From: Candidatus Binatia bacterium
GTDB taxonomy: Bacteria; Desulfobacterota; Binatia; UTPRO1
Direction: 5' to 3'
Assembly (NCBI GenBank): GCA_039917665.1
Contig: JBDSJB010000375.1
Coordinates: 1-53,936, forward strand
DNA length: 53,936 nucleotides
Shown: one piece after another, positions 10,577 to 22,462 of the stretch
How positions within the stretch are numbered: position 1 is the stretch's first letter
Layout: the number at the start of each line of letters is the position of its first letter
Translations under genes and position numbers: made by a program
Notes under the pieces: generated by a model
Told to the model about the DNA's origin: nothing
The model's database searches: none
What the model saw: the letters and a program-made list of their open reading frames with translations, nothing else

Positions 10577-11820
10577 AACTCACCACCCAACGCTGGATCG
10601 ACCGCTACGTCGGCATTCCCGCCTGTTTTGCGCTGACGGCGATCGTGAAGCTGCTCGAGGTCTGCGGCCTGCGGCGCCGCGAGGCACGGCCGGAGCGCGT
10701 CCTCTTCATCGAGCTCTCCGAAATGGGAAGTACGATTCTCGCCTCGGCGGCGATCCAACGGTTGCAAGACCGTTACGGCGACCACGAGCACTGCTTCGTG
10801 ATCTTCAAGCGCAACGCCGCGAGCCTGCGCCTGCTCGGCCTCTTCAAGCCCGACCAGATCTTCACCATCCGCGACGACTCCGTCTGGTCGCTGATCGTCG
10901 ACGTGTTCCACTTCGTCACGTTCTGTCGCGAGCGCCGGGTGGATACCGTCATCGATCTCGAGCTCTTCTCGCGCGTGTCGTCGCTCTTGGCGCTGCTCAG
11001 CGGCGCCACCAACCGCGTCGGCTTTCACAACTACCGCGGTGAGGGCCTCTATCGCGGCGAGCACCTGACGCACCGGGTGCACTACAACCCGTACTCGCAC
11101 ATGGCGCAGAACTTCATGGCGCTCGTCGAATCGCTGGAGAGCGACCCGACCGAGATTCCCCAGCCGAAGCGGGTCGTGGTGAAAGAGCCGCCGCCGGTCC
11201 GGATCGGTACCGATCCCGAGGCGTGGCGCTACGTGCGCGGAGAGCTCGAGCATTGTTACCCCGGCCTGTCGCCGGAGCATCGCGTCGTCATCGTGAACGC
11301 GCACGCGGGGAATCTGCTGCCGCTCCGCATGTGGCCGGTCGAGCGCTTCGCGGAGCTGGTGCAGCGGCTCCTGGCCGCCGATCCCCGGACGGTCGTCGTC
11401 CTGATGGGCATCGCGGAGGGTGCCAACGCTGCTCGCCTCATCACCACGGCCGCCGGCGACCCGCGCTGCATCGACTTCGTCGGCCGCACCCGGACGCTGA
11501 CGGACGTGATCGAGCTGTTCCACCAGAGTCATCTCCTGATCACGAACGACAGCGGACCGGCCCACTTCGCGACCCTCACCGCCATCAAGAGCGTCACGCT
11601 CTTCGGGCCCGAGACCCCCGTCCTGTACGGCACGCTCGGCGAGCACGCGGTCGATCTCTACGCCAACCTGGCCTGCAGCCCGTGCCTGAGCGCCCTCAAT
11701 CACCGCAACAGCCCGTGCACCGACAATCAGTGCCTGAAAGCGATCTCCGTCGACCTCGTCTTCGCCGAGGCGCGGCGGTTGCTCGCCGATCCCGACGACG
11801 AGGCCCGCCCCGCATCCTGA
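10573..11820 (+). CDS. Glycosyltransferase family 9 (ADP-heptose:LPS heptosyltransferase-like)
   Basis: ATG overlaps previous stop (ATGA); RWIDRYVG, LSEMGST, RMWPVERF, LLITNDSGPAHFA, LFGPETP, C-terminal CSPC...C...C. Confidence 0.88.
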   Translation: MKLTTQRWIDRYVGIPACFALTAIVKLLEVCGLRRREARPERVLFIELSEMGSTILASAAIQRLQDRYGDHEHCFVIFKRNAASLRLLGLFKPDQIFTIRDDSVWSLIVDVFHFVTFCRERRVDTVIDLELFSRVSSLLALLSGATNRVGFHNYRGEGLYRGEHLTHRVHYNPYSHMAQNFMALVESLESDPTEIPQPKRVVVKEPPPVRIGTDPEAWRYVRGELEHCYPGLSPEHRVVIVNAHAGNLLPLRMWPVERFAELVQRLLAADPRTVVVLMGIAEGANAARLITTAAGDPRCIDFVGRTRTLTDVIELFHQSHLLITNDSGPAHFATLTAIKSVTLFGPETPVLYGTLGEHAVDLYANLACSPCLSALNHRNSPCTDNQCLKAISVDLVFAEARRLLADPDDEARPAS

Positions 11821-11821
11821 G

Positions 11822-11850
11822 TGGACGCGACTGGCCCTCACCGATAGATT
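11822..11850 (+). promoter_or_regulatory. Putative sigma70 promoter of rlmN (leaderless configuration)
   Basis: TGGACG-N17-TAGATT followed by 6 nt then ATG 11857; no SD. Confidence 0.4.
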
Positions 11851-11856
11851 CCACCG

Positions 11857-12923
<1,067 letters not shown>

Positions 12924-12927
<4 letters not shown>

Positions 12928-13859
12928 GCGGCATCGGCGTCGTCATCAACCCCCACGCCGGGAGCAATCGCCGGCGACCGAATCGCGCGCGTCGCTTCGA
13001 AGAGATCGTGGGCGACGTCGGCATCGTCCGCGTAACGCCTGATCTGCCGGCGATGGAGGCGGTCGCGGCCGAGTTCGCCGAGCGCCGAGTCGACATCGTC
13101 GCCGTCTGCGGCGGCGACGGCAGCCAGTTCCGGGCACTGAGCGCGCTGCGCCGCGCGTGGCCCGACGACGCACTGCCGCTCTACCTGCCGCTTCGTGCCG
13201 GCACGATGAACTACATCGCGCGCTCGATCGGCTGCATGCGCGGCGGCCCCGAGCACGTCCTCACGCACGTCGTCCGCGACTATCGCCACGGCCGGACGCA
13301 CGACATCGTGACCCGTCATCTGCTGCTGCTGAACGACGAGCACGCCGGGTTCGTCATGGGCTGCGGCGTCGTCGTGAACTACCTCCGGCTCTACTACAGC
13401 GAGCCGCGCCCGGGACCGGTGACGGCGACCCGCTTGCTCGTCCGCCTCGTCGCATCCGCCATCGCCGGCACGTCATTGGTGCGTGGGGTGTTCCGACGGG
13501 TCGAAGCCGACATCGATTGCGACGACGAGCGCGTGCCGTTTCGGACCTTCACCGTGATCCTCGGTGGGACGATCACCCACGTTGCGCTGGGCTTCAAGCC
13601 GATGTATCTGGCGGCCCGCAAACGCCGCCATTTTCACCTTCTGGCGGGCCCGATCGGACCACTACGCTTGGCTCGCAAGATCGTTCGTTTTCACCGCGGC
13701 TTTCCTTTGGAAGAGGCCGATTTCTACGACAACTTGGCCCGCGTCGTGACCATCCGGTTCGCGACGCCGACGGGCTTCATGGTCGACGGCGACGTGCTCG
13801 ATCCCGTCGACACGTTGACCATCACGACCGGACCCCTCATTTCCATGATCCGCGGATGA
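12924..13859 (+). CDS. Diacylglycerol kinase family lipid kinase (start uncertain: CTG 12924 or GTG 12876)
   Basis: GIGVVINPHAG, CGGDGS, PLRAGTMNYIAR, FMVDGD motifs of the DAGK/YegS family. Confidence 0.85.
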
Positions 13860-13875
13860 GGGCAGGGAGGACACC

Positions 13876-14754
13876 GTGGGCTCCAGCTTGAAGATCGGCA
13901 TCATCGGCGGCAGCGGCCTGTATGCGATGGAAGGCCTCGCCAACGTCCGTGAGGTCACGGTCGAGACCCCGTTCGGACCGCCCTCGGAGGCGATCGTCCA
14001 TGGGCACCTCGGCGAGCACGAGCTGTTCTTCTTGCCGCGCCACGGCCGTGGCCATCGGCTGCTGCCATCGGAGCTGCCGTTTCGCGCCAACATCTGGGCG
14101 TTGAAGCACCTCGGGGTCGAACGCGTGATTGCGGTCGGCGCCGTCGGCAGCCTGCGCGAGGAGATCGCACCCGGCCACCTCGTCGTACCCGACCAATTCA
14201 TCGACCGCACCTTCAACCGCGTCGGCACCTTCTTCGGCAACGGCATCGTCGCGCACGTCGGCTTCGGCGATCCGGTCTGCCCGGTGCTCTCGCGGAGCCT
14301 GATCGCGAGCGCCAAGCGCCTGAACGCGACGGTGCACGAGGGCGGGACCTACGTCTGCATGGAAGGGCCGCAGTTCTCGACGCGCGCGGAGTCGGAGCTC
14401 TATCGCAGCTGGGGCGCGTCCATCATCGGTATGACGAATCTGCAGGAGGCGAAGCTCGCGCGCGAAGCCGAGCTCTGTTTCGCCACGCTCGCCCTCTCCA
14501 CTGACTACGACTGCTGGAAGCAGGACGAGCACGAGGTGAAGATCGAGGATGTCCTGGCCGTCATCGGCGCGAACGTCGCGCTCGCCAAGCAAGTCATCCA
14601 CGATGTCGTGCCGACCATGGCGGCCTCGCCGGGGTGCGGTTGCGGACGAGCGCTCGAGCACGCCATCATCACCGACCGCGCCGCGATTCCGGCGCGCGTG
14701 AAGCGCGACCTCGCGCCTATCATTGGGCGCTACGTTTCGCCCGAGGAGAACTGA
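13876..14754 (+). CDS. mtnP: S-methyl-5'-thioadenosine phosphorylase
   Basis: KIGIIGGSGLY, TPFGPPS, PRHGRGH, EGPQFSTRAES, GMTNLQEAKLARE, TDYDCW; GGAGG SD. Confidence 0.93.
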   Translation: MGSSLKIGIIGGSGLYAMEGLANVREVTVETPFGPPSEAIVHGHLGEHELFFLPRHGRGHRLLPSELPFRANIWALKHLGVERVIAVGAVGSLREEIAPGHLVVPDQFIDRTFNRVGTFFGNGIVAHVGFGDPVCPVLSRSLIASAKRLNATVHEGGTYVCMEGPQFSTRAESELYRSWGASIIGMTNLQEAKLAREAELCFATLALSTDYDCWKQDEHEVKIEDVLAVIGANVALAKQVIHDVVPTMAASPGCGCGRALEHAIITDRAAIPARVKRDLAPIIGRYVSPEEN

Positions 14755-14755
14755 C

Positions 14756-15685
14756 GTGACCGATTCGAACAAGGGCGGAGCACTGGTGGTGGTCGGGTCG
14801 GTCGCGATCGACACGATCGAGACCCAGGGCGGGAAAGCCACCGAGGTCCTCGGTGGTGCCGCGACGTACTTCGCGGTCGCCGCAAGCTTCTTCACGCCGG
14901 TGCAGCTCGTCGGCGTCGTCGGCGACGACTTCCCGAAGCAGGAGCTCGCGTGGTTTCGCGAGCGCGGCATCGACTTGAGCGGCCTCGAGATCCGCCCGGG
15001 TCGCAGCATGCGATGGACGGGTCGCTACCACGAGGACATGAACGTCCGCGACACGCTGAGCTTCGAGGCGAACGTCTTCGACGGCTATCTGCCGACGTTG
15101 CCGCCGGCGTACGCCGACGCACCGTTCGTGTTCCTCGCCAACATCGCACCGGCACTGCAAGCGCGCGTGCTTGATCAGATGCATGCTCCCCGACTGGTCG
15201 GGGCCGACACGATGAATCTCTGGATCGACACGACACGCGCCGAGCTCGAGGCGCTGCTGAAGCGCGTCCCGCTCCTCATCATCAACGACGAGGAAGCCCG
15301 GCTCCTCTCCGGCGAGCGCAACATGATCCGCGCGGCACGGAAGATCCTGGCACTCGGACCGACCAGCCTGATGATCAAGCGCGGCGAGTACGGCGTCCTG
15401 TTCTTCTCCGGCGACACCGTTTTCTCCGCACCGGCGTATCCGCTGGAGGAGGTCTTCGATCCAACGGGTGCCGGTGACACGTTCGCGGGTGGCGTCATGG
15501 GCTACCTCGCCGCCTCGGGTGACGTTTCGCCGGCCGGCATCCGAAAGGCGATCGTGTACGGGAGCGTGGTCGCGTCGTTCACGGTCGAGGCGTTCAGCCT
15601 CGAGCGCCTGCGAACTCTCACACGCGAGGACATCGAGCGGCGCTACCGCCAATTCGTCACCCTGACGAGCTTCGACGTCGCCTGA
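14756..15685 (+). CDS. PfkB family carbohydrate/nucleoside kinase
   Basis: VVGSVAIDTIET, LGGAATY, INDEEAR, DPTGAGDTFAGG PfkB signature; GTG start 1 nt after mtnP stop. Confidence 0.9.
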   Translation: MTDSNKGGALVVVGSVAIDTIETQGGKATEVLGGAATYFAVAASFFTPVQLVGVVGDDFPKQELAWFRERGIDLSGLEIRPGRSMRWTGRYHEDMNVRDTLSFEANVFDGYLPTLPPAYADAPFVFLANIAPALQARVLDQMHAPRLVGADTMNLWIDTTRAELEALLKRVPLLIINDEEARLLSGERNMIRAARKILALGPTSLMIKRGEYGVLFFSGDTVFSAPAYPLEEVFDPTGAGDTFAGGVMGYLAASGDVSPAGIRKAIVYGSVVASFTVEAFSLERLRTLTREDIERRYRQFVTLTSFDVA

Positions 15686-15695
15686 TTCGCCGCCC

Positions 15696-16685
15696 ATGCC
15701 GCAAATCTCCATCGTCGTTCCCGTCTACAACGAGGCCCCCAACGCCGACGCGTTGGTCGAGGAGCTCCGCGCGACCGCCAATCGCCTGACGGTTACCAGC
15801 GAGATCGTGCTCGTCGACGACGGGAGCCAGGACGACACGTTCGCGCGTCTCACGGCGGCGGCAGGCGACGATCCCCGCTTCCTGCTCCTGCGCCTCATGC
15901 GCAACTTCGGTCAGACCGCGGCATTGGCCGCCGGGATCGACCATGCGACGGGCGCCGTCATCGTGACGATGGATGGGGATCTGCAGAACGATCCCGCCGA
16001 CATCCCGCGCCTGCTCGACACTCTCGATGCCGGCTACGACGTCGTGACCGGCTGGCGTCGCGACCGCAAGGATCCCTTCCTCTCGCGGAAGCTGCCGTCG
16101 ATGATCGCGAATACCATCATCGGCGCCACGACCAACGTCTCGATTCACGACCACGGCTGCGGTCTCAAGGCGTTTCGCTCCGACATCGCCAAGTCGCTGA
16201 AGCTCTATGGCGAGATGCACCGCTTCATCACGGCGATCGCGGGCGATCTCGGCGCCGCCGTCACGGAGATCCCGGTGAACCACCGGCCGCGGCTCCGTGG
16301 GCAGTCGAAATACGGCATATCACGCACGGTGCGGGTCGTTCTGGACCTGCTCACGATCAAGTTTCTCTCGGGCTTCGCCACTCGTCCAATTCACGTCTTC
16401 GGGACCTTCGGTCTCGTGACGATGATGACCGGCCTCATGATCACCGGCATCCTCGGTCTGCAGAAGATCTTTTTCGGGGTGGAGTTGGCGGGCCGCCCAC
16501 TCTTGCTGCTGGGCGTCCTCCTGGTGCTCGGCGGGGTACAGCTCGTGACCCTCGGCCTGCTCGGCGAGATGCTGGCGCGCACGTACCACGAGTCGCAAGG
16601 CAAGACGATCTATAGGTTGCGCGAGGTTCGCACGGCGTCCGCCGGGGTGCCGGCCGTGATCCTCGATACGAAGAATGCTATTTGA
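15696..16685 (+). CDS. GT2 polyprenol-phosphate glycosyltransferase (ArnC/GtrB/DPM1-like)
   Basis: ISIVVPVYNE, VDDGSQD, RNFGQTAAL, MDGDLQNDP, LYGEMHRFI, two C-terminal TM helices and GLLGE. Confidence 0.9.
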   Translation: MPQISIVVPVYNEAPNADALVEELRATANRLTVTSEIVLVDDGSQDDTFARLTAAAGDDPRFLLLRLMRNFGQTAALAAGIDHATGAVIVTMDGDLQNDPADIPRLLDTLDAGYDVVTGWRRDRKDPFLSRKLPSMIANTIIGATTNVSIHDHGCGLKAFRSDIAKSLKLYGEMHRFITAIAGDLGAAVTEIPVNHRPRLRGQSKYGISRTVRVVLDLLTIKFLSGFATRPIHVFGTFGLVTMMTGLMITGILGLQKIFFGVELAGRPLLLLGVLLVLGGVQLVTLGLLGEMLARTYHESQGKTIYRLREVRTASAGVPAVILDTKNAI

Positions 16686-16710
16686 CGGGGTAGGGGTCGG
16701 CCGGTACCTT
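16682..16710 (+). promoter_or_regulatory. Putative sigma70 promoter for ugd-uxs-epimerase
   Basis: TTGACG-N17-TACCTT; GGAGG SD before the ugd GTG at 16769. Confidence 0.55.
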
Positions 16711-16768
16711 CGGTGGATTCCAGCGGCCGGGCTGCACGCCGGCGCCGCACGGTCTTAACGGAGGCAAT

Positions 16769-18097
16769 GTGAAGGTCTGTGTCATTGGAACGGGCTACGT
16801 CGGCCTGGTGGCGGGTACGTGTTTCGCGGAAGGCGGCAACGACGTCACCTGCGTCGACATCGACGAGCGGAAAATCGAAGCGCTGAAGCAGGGCTCGGTC
16901 CCCATCTACGAGCCCGGCCTCGAGGAATTGATCCGCCGTAACCTGACGGAACGACGGTTGTGGTTCACCGACGACCTCGTGGCGGCAGTGCGCGCGTCCG
17001 AGATCTGCTTCATCGCAGTCGGGACGCCCGAGGCCGCCGACGGATCCGCGGATCTCCGCGCCGTGCTCGCGGTCGCCGGGGCCATCGGCGAGGCCATGAA
17101 CGGTTACCGCGTCATCGTCTGCAAGAGCACCGTGCCGGTCGGCACCGCCGACAAGGTGCGGGCAGCCGTGAAGGCCAAGACGACGCACGAGTTCGACGTC
17201 ATCTCGAACCCCGAGTTCCTGAAGGAAGGCGCGGCCGTCGAGGACTTCATGAAGCCTGACCGCGTCGTCATCGGCGGCTCCGACATCCGCGCCATCGAGA
17301 TCATGAAGACGCTCTACGGCCCGTTCGTCCGTACCGAAAACCCGATCCTCGTGATGGACAATCGTAGCGCGGAGATGACGAAGTACGCCGCGAACGCATT
17401 CCTCGCGACCAAGATCTCGTTCGTGAACGAGATCGCCAACCTCTGCGAGCGTGTCGGCGCCGACGTCAACGACGTCCGGCGCGGCATGGGCTCCGATAGC
17501 CGCATCGGGCATCAGTTCCTCTTCCCCGGCACTGGCTACGGCGGCTCGTGCTTCCCGAAGGACGTGCAAGCGATCATTCGCACCGCGAAGGACGCTGGCA
17601 TGGAGTTCCCGCTGCTGAACGCGGTCGAGCTCGTGAACGAGCGCCAGAAGCATCTGCTCGTCGACAAAGTGTTGAAGAAGTACGGCGAGAAGCTCAAGGG
17701 CCGTTGCTTCGGCGTCTGGGGGCTCGCGTTCAAGCCGCGCACCGACGACATGCGTGAGGCGCCGTCGATCGTCATCATCGAAGAGCTCCTGAAGCGCGGC
17801 GCTCGCATCGAGGCGCACGATCCCGAAGCGCTCGGCGAGGCCCGCAAGGTCTTCGGCGAACGCATCAACTACCACCGCGTGAATTACGACGCGCTCCAGG
17901 ATGCCGACGCGCTCTTGATCGTCACCGATTGGAGCGAGTTCCGCCGGCCGGACTTCGACCGCATGAAAGGCCTCATGAAGAGCCCGACGATCTTCGACGG
18001 TCGCAACCTCTACGATCACGACGTGATGCGAGCACAGGGCTTCACCTACTATCCCATCGGACGCGCGGCCGTTGAGGCCTCTGCGGAGGTCAAATAA
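16769..18097 (+). CDS. ugd: UDP-glucose 6-dehydrogenase
   Basis: [42 protein letters not shown] catalytic Cys, FKPRTDD, DGRN. Confidence 0.95.
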   Translation: MKVCVIGTGYVGLVAGTCFAEGGNDVTCVDIDERKIEALKQGSVPIYEPGLEELIRRNLTERRLWFTDDLVAAVRASEICFIAVGTPEAADGSADLRAVLAVAGAIGEAMNGYRVIVCKSTVPVGTADKVRAAVKAKTTHEFDVISNPEFLKEGAAVEDFMKPDRVVIGGSDIRAIEIMKTLYGPFVRTENPILVMDNRSAEMTKYAANAFLATKISFVNEIANLCERVGADVNDVRRGMGSDSRIGHQFLFPGTGYGGSCFPKDVQAIIRTAKDAGMEFPLLNAVELVNERQKHLLVDKVLKKYGEKLKGRCFGVWGLAFKPRTDDMREAPSIVIIEELLKRGARIEAHDPEALGEARKVFGERINYHRVNYDALQDADALLIVTDWSEFRRPDFDRMKGLMKSPTIFDGRNLYDHDVMRAQGFTYYPIGRAAVEASAEVK

Positions 18098-19044
18098 TGG
18101 CGCGAATACTGGTCACCGGCGGCGCGGGCTTCATCGGGTCGCATCTCTGCGAGCGGCTGCTCGGCGAAGGCAACGACGTCATCTGCATCGACAACTTTCT
18201 GACCGGCTCGCCGGACAACATCGCGCCGTTCCTCGGGAACCAGCGCTTCCAGTTCATTCAGCAGGACGTCACCAACTTCATCTACGTCCCCGGCAAGCTC
18301 GACGCGATTCTGCACTTCGCGTCGCCCGCGAGCCCGATCGACTATCTCGAGAAGCCGATTCAGACGCTGAAGGTCGGCTCGCTCGGCACCCACAAGGTGC
18401 TTGGCCTCGCGAAGGAAAAGAAGGCGCGCATCCTGCTCGCGTCGACCTCCGAGGTGTACGGCGACCCGCTCGTCCATCCCCAGAAAGAGGACTACTGGGG
18501 CAACGTCAATCCAATCGGCCCGCGCGGCGTGTACGACGAAGCGAAGCGCTTCGCCGAGGCCATCACGATGGCCTACCAGCGCTACCACGGGGTCGAGACG
18601 CGCATCGTCCGCATCTTCAACACGTACGGCCCGCGCATGCGCAAGAAGGACGGCCGCGTCGTCCCGAACTTCATCGCCCAGGCGCTGCGCGATGAGGACG
18701 TCACGGTCTACGGTGACGGCGGCCAGACGCGCAGCTTCTGCTACGCAACGGATCTCGTCGAGGGCATCCTGCGCCTTCTCTGGAGCGACTTCCCGACGCC
18801 CGTCAACATCGGGAACCCGCGCGAAATGACGGTGCTCCAGTTCGCGAAGCTCATCATCGAGCTCACGGGCTCGAAGAGCAAAATCGTCTACAAAGAGCTG
18901 CCGGTCGACGACCCGAAGGTGCGCCAGCCCGACATCACGCTCGCCCGCCGCGTCTTGAACGATTGGCAGCCGACGGTGCCGGTCGAGGAAGGCCTGCAGC
19001 GCACGATCGCGTACTTCCAGAAAAAGATGGCGGAGGAAGCGTGA
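18097..19044 (+). CDS. uxs: UDP-glucuronate decarboxylase (UDP-xylose synthase)
   Basis: [68 protein letters not shown]. Confidence 0.9.
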   Translation: MARILVTGGAGFIGSHLCERLLGEGNDVICIDNFLTGSPDNIAPFLGNQRFQFIQQDVTNFIYVPGKLDAILHFASPASPIDYLEKPIQTLKVGSLGTHKVLGLAKEKKARILLASTSEVYGDPLVHPQKEDYWGNVNPIGPRGVYDEAKRFAEAITMAYQRYHGVETRIVRIFNTYGPRMRKKDGRVVPNFIAQALRDEDVTVYGDGGQTRSFCYATDLVEGILRLLWSDFPTPVNIGNPREMTVLQFAKLIIELTGSKSKIVYKELPVDDPKVRQPDITLARRVLNDWQPTVPVEEGLQRTIAYFQKKMAEEA

Positions 19045-19970
19045 AGATCCTCGTCACGGGAGGCGCGGGCTTCATTGCCTCGCACATCTCCGACGCGTAC
19101 ATCGCCGCCGGCCACGAGGTCGTGATCGTCGACGACCTCTCGTCGGGCAAGCGCGCCAACCTACCGGCTGCCGCGAAGTTCTACCACGCCGACATCCGTA
19201 CCCCCGAGGCGCGCGAGATCATCCGCAACGAGCGGCCGCAGGTGCTCTCGCACCACGCCGCGCAGATGGACGTCCGGCGCTCAGTCGCCGATCCCGCCTT
19301 CGACGCCACCGTGAACGTGCTCGGCATGATCAACATGCTCGAAGGCGCGCGCGAGGTCGGCGTCGAGAAGGTGCTGTTCGCCTCGTCGGGCGGCGCCACC
19401 TACGGCGAACAGTCCGAATTTCCCGCTCCCGAAACTCACGTGCACGAGCCGCTCTCGCCCTACGGCATCACCAAGGCGACCGGTGAGCACTACCTGTTTT
19501 TCTACCACGCGGTGTACGGCATGCCGTACGTAGCGCTGCGCTACGCCAACGTCTACGGACCGCGGCAGGATCCGCACGGCGAAGCCGGCGTCGTGGCGAT
19601 CTTCACCGAGCGCCTGCTCGCCAACCAAGCGCCGACCATCAACGGCGACGGCAAGCAGAGCCGCGACTACGTGTTCGTCGGCGACGTCGTGCGCGCCAAT
19701 CTGGCCGCGCTCGAGAAACCGTTCGTGGGCTCCATCAACATCGGCACCGGCGTCGAGACCGACGTGACCATGCTCTACGCCCACCTCCGGGTGCTCACGG
19801 GCAGCCCGCATCCGGCGCAGCACGGACCGGCCAAGGCCGGGGAGCAGCGCCGCAGCGTGATCGCCATCACGCGTGCGGCCGAGGTGCTCGGATGGAAGCC
19901 CGAGATCTCGCTCGAAGAAGGCCTGCGCCGCACGGTCGAGTTCTTCCGCGCCCGCCTGGCGGCCTCGTAA
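19041..19970 (+). CDS. NAD-dependent UDP-sugar 4-epimerase (GalE-like extended SDR)
   Basis: GTG overlaps uxs stop; [29 protein letters not shown] (YxxxK), [19 protein letters not shown]. Confidence 0.88.
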   Translation: MKILVTGGAGFIASHISDAYIAAGHEVVIVDDLSSGKRANLPAAAKFYHADIRTPEAREIIRNERPQVLSHHAAQMDVRRSVADPAFDATVNVLGMINMLEGAREVGVEKVLFASSGGATYGEQSEFPAPETHVHEPLSPYGITKATGEHYLFFYHAVYGMPYVALRYANVYGPRQDPHGEAGVVAIFTERLLANQAPTINGDGKQSRDYVFVGDVVRANLAALEKPFVGSINIGTGVETDVTMLYAHLRVLTGSPHPAQHGPAKAGEQRRSVIAITRAAEVLGWKPEISLEEGLRRTVEFFRARLAAS

Positions 19971-19991
19971 CGCCGCGGCGCGGTTCGGAAG

Positions 19992-22421
19992 CTAGGCGAC
20001 CGACCGGCGCGAGCCGACCGATTCGGACGCCGGCCACGTCGCCACGAACGTGGACCCGGCGCCGAGCGTGCTCTCCACCGACACCTGGCCGCCCAGCAGC
20101 GTCACGAGCCGTTGCACGATGTGCAGGCCGAGGCCGACGCCGCCGAACGTCCGGGTCGACGACCCGTCGGCCTGACGGAACATCTCGAAGATCACCGGCA
20201 AGCTGTCGGGCGGAATGCCGATGCCGGTGTCGCGCACCTCGAAGACGACCGCGTCGCCTTCCCAATGCGCGACGACGTCGACGCTGCCGCGCGTCGTGAA
20301 TTTGAGCGCGTTGCCGGTCAGGTTCTTGAGCACGGTCTTGAGCTTGCCCTTGTCGGTCACGAGCGGCGACGCGCCGAGCAAGTTCTGCCAACGCAGCGTC
20401 ACCTCGGGCGACACCAACGGCCCGAGCTCGATCTCGAGCTGACGGAACACACCGTCGAGGTCGACCTCGCTCCGCACGACCGGATCGCGGCCGGCTTCGA
20501 GGCGCCCGGCATCGAGCGTGGCGTTCACGAGATCGAGCAACTCGATGCCGGCGCGCTGGACCCGTCCGACCGTGTCTTGTTGCTCCTTGGTGAGCGCGCC
20601 GACGACGCCCTCGGCCAGCATGTCGCTGTAACCGACGATGATGTTGAGCGGCGTCCGCAGCTCGTGCGACATCGTCGCCACGAACTCGGACTTGAGCCGG
20701 CTCGACGCCTGCAGATCGTCGATCAAGCGCGCGTTGGCGATCGCGATGGCGGTCGCGTCGGCGACGCCGCTCGCAAGCCGGCGCTGCTTGGAGGCAAAGG
20801 GGCCGGTCTTCGTGCGGTAGCCATGAACCTGTACGCCCATCAGGGCACCGGCGAGACAGATAGGAGCGTGGAGCGCCGACGCTGCTTCGATCTGCCGCAA
20901 GAGCGGGGGAGCGTCGCTCGCACGTCGCACGTCGGGAATCTCCGCGACCCGACCGGAATGGACGGGACCCGTGAGCGCGAAGCCGTCGCCCGAAATCGGA
21001 CGCGCGGCGAGTGCCGCACGCATGGCGTCCTGGATCCCGCTGCTCGCCACCAACCGCAGGGTGCCAACCGCGTCGTCCCAGAGGAACGTCGCGCTCCAGT
21101 CGCAGCCGAGGGCGGCCACCGCGAGCCCGGTCACGCGCTCCAGCATGTCGGGTTGGCCGAGGTGCGTGCTGAGAGCCTGGCCGACCTCGACCAGCGCGGC
21201 CGAGGTCTGGGCCTCTTCCTCGGCCAGGCGTTCGGCGCGCTTCCGCTGGATGACGGCCCCGAGCTGCATGGCGGCGCCGGCGAACAGATCCATCAACCGA
21301 TCGTCCTCGGCGTGACGTTCCCGCACGAAGAACTCGAGGACCGCGATCACGTCCCCATCGGCCAGGACCGGCAGCGCCATGGCCCCGCTGAGCGCCGCCC
21401 GCTGGGCGAGGGCGGCGCGAGGAAAGTTCGGCTCGTGCTGCACGTCCTCGATCCAGGCTGGCTGTCCGGTCGCCCACACCCGACCCGGCAAGCCGACACC
21501 CCGCGCAAAGGTGAAGACCCTGTTCTCGGCATGGAACGCGGCGAGCGTGGCGTCGCCCGACCACCACGCAGCGCAGGCGAGGATCTCGCCGTTCGGGGCC
21601 GGCGTCCACGCCTGGCCAACGAGCCACCCGGACGCCTCGCAGATGCGGCGGAGGACGATGGTGAGCGCCGATTCCGGATCGGCCGCGGCCCCCACCTCGA
21701 GGCTCACGCTCTGCAGCACGCGCAACTCGGCCTCGACGCGCGCGCGCTCGCGGCGCGCCCGTTCGAACGCGTGGGCGACGCTGATCGACGCCAACAGCAC
21801 GATCGAGCCCGGCCCGACGGCGTACCCGAGGCTCGCGAGTGATCCCGTACAGAGCCAGACGGAGAGCGCGCCCGGAATCGCCGTCGCGACGACCATGGCC
21901 GTCTGGAACCACACGCCCCAGGGCATCAAGGTCGCCGAGATCATGCAGGTGACGAGCGCCGACAGGCCGGTCCCCTGGGGATTGTCGGACACGACGTCCG
22001 ACCAGACTCCCGCCGCGAAGATGCCCGTCAGCACGAGGATCGGAACGGCCGCGGCCGCCCGGCGGGTGCGGACGAGCGGGAGCGCAGCGAACCCGGCAGC
22101 GACACAAACGGCCTGGAAGAGGGTGATCAGGGTGAGCGCGGTGACGATCTCAGGGTCGAGGGAGACGTCGGTCGCCCACAGCACCATCAACGCCCCGAGC
22201 GTGATCCCGAGACCGACGCGGCTCCGCTCGATCAGCAAGCGGGTCGTGGCCGCATCGAGCGCGCCATCCTGCACGGAGGGCAGGGCACTCGGCCCCGACT
22301 GCACAGCGCTATTTTGATGACGCTCCGGCACGGGTTTGGCCACGATCGGCCCCGGGTCCCCCCGTCTGATCATGCGGCGCCTCGGAAATCGTTTCGGACC
22401 ACCTAGCGAAGCAACCCGCAT
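19992..22421 (-). CDS. Membrane sensor histidine kinase with ~5 TM and two GAF domains (true start probably downstream of 22421)
   Basis: [13 protein letters not shown] motif, second [13 protein letters not shown] (HisKA), [23 protein letters not shown] (HATPase_c). Confidence 0.88.
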   Translation of the reverse strand: MRVASLGGPKRFPRRRMIRRGDPGPIVAKPVPERHQNSAVQSGPSALPSVQDGALDAATTRLLIERSRVGLGITLGALMVLWATDVSLDPEIVTALTLITLFQAVCVAAGFAALPLVRTRRAAAAVPILVLTGIFAAGVWSDVVSDNPQGTGLSALVTCMISATLMPWGVWFQTAMVVATAIPGALSVWLCTGSLASLGYAVGPGSIVLLASISVAHAFERARRERARVEAELRVLQSVSLEVGAAADPESALTIVLRRICEASGWLVGQAWTPAPNGEILACAAWWSGDATLAAFHAENRVFTFARGVGLPGRVWATGQPAWIEDVQHEPNFPRAALAQRAALSGAMALPVLADGDVIAVLEFFVRERHAEDDRLMDLFAGAAMQLGAVIQRKRAERLAEEEAQTSAALVEVGQALSTHLGQPDMLERVTGLAVAALGCDWSATFLWDDAVGTLRLVASSGIQDAMRAALAARPISGDGFALTGPVHSGRVAEIPDVRRASDAPPLLRQIEAASALHAPICLAGALMGVQVHGYRTKTGPFASKQRRLASGVADATAIAIANARLIDDLQASSRLKSEFVATMSHELRTPLNIIVGYSDMLAEGVVGALTKEQQDTVGRVQRAGIELLDLVNATLDAGRLEAGRDPVVRSEVDLDGVFRQLEIELGPLVSPEVTLRWQNLLGASPLVTDKGKLKTVLKNLTGNALKFTTRGSVDVVAHWEGDAVVFEVRDTGIGIPPDSLPVIFEMFRQADGSSTRTFGGVGLGLHIVQRLVTLLGGQVSVESTLGAGSTFVATWPASESVGSRRSVA

Positions 22422-22462
22422 GCCGCTCGCGCAGCGGCCCGATCCGTGCGAAATTCGCCCCG

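Noticed and set aside
22325-22343. CGGCACGGGTTTGGC sigma54-like sequence between the kinase and lepA
   Set aside because: Poor -12 element and possibly inside coding sequence; too weak in a high-GC background
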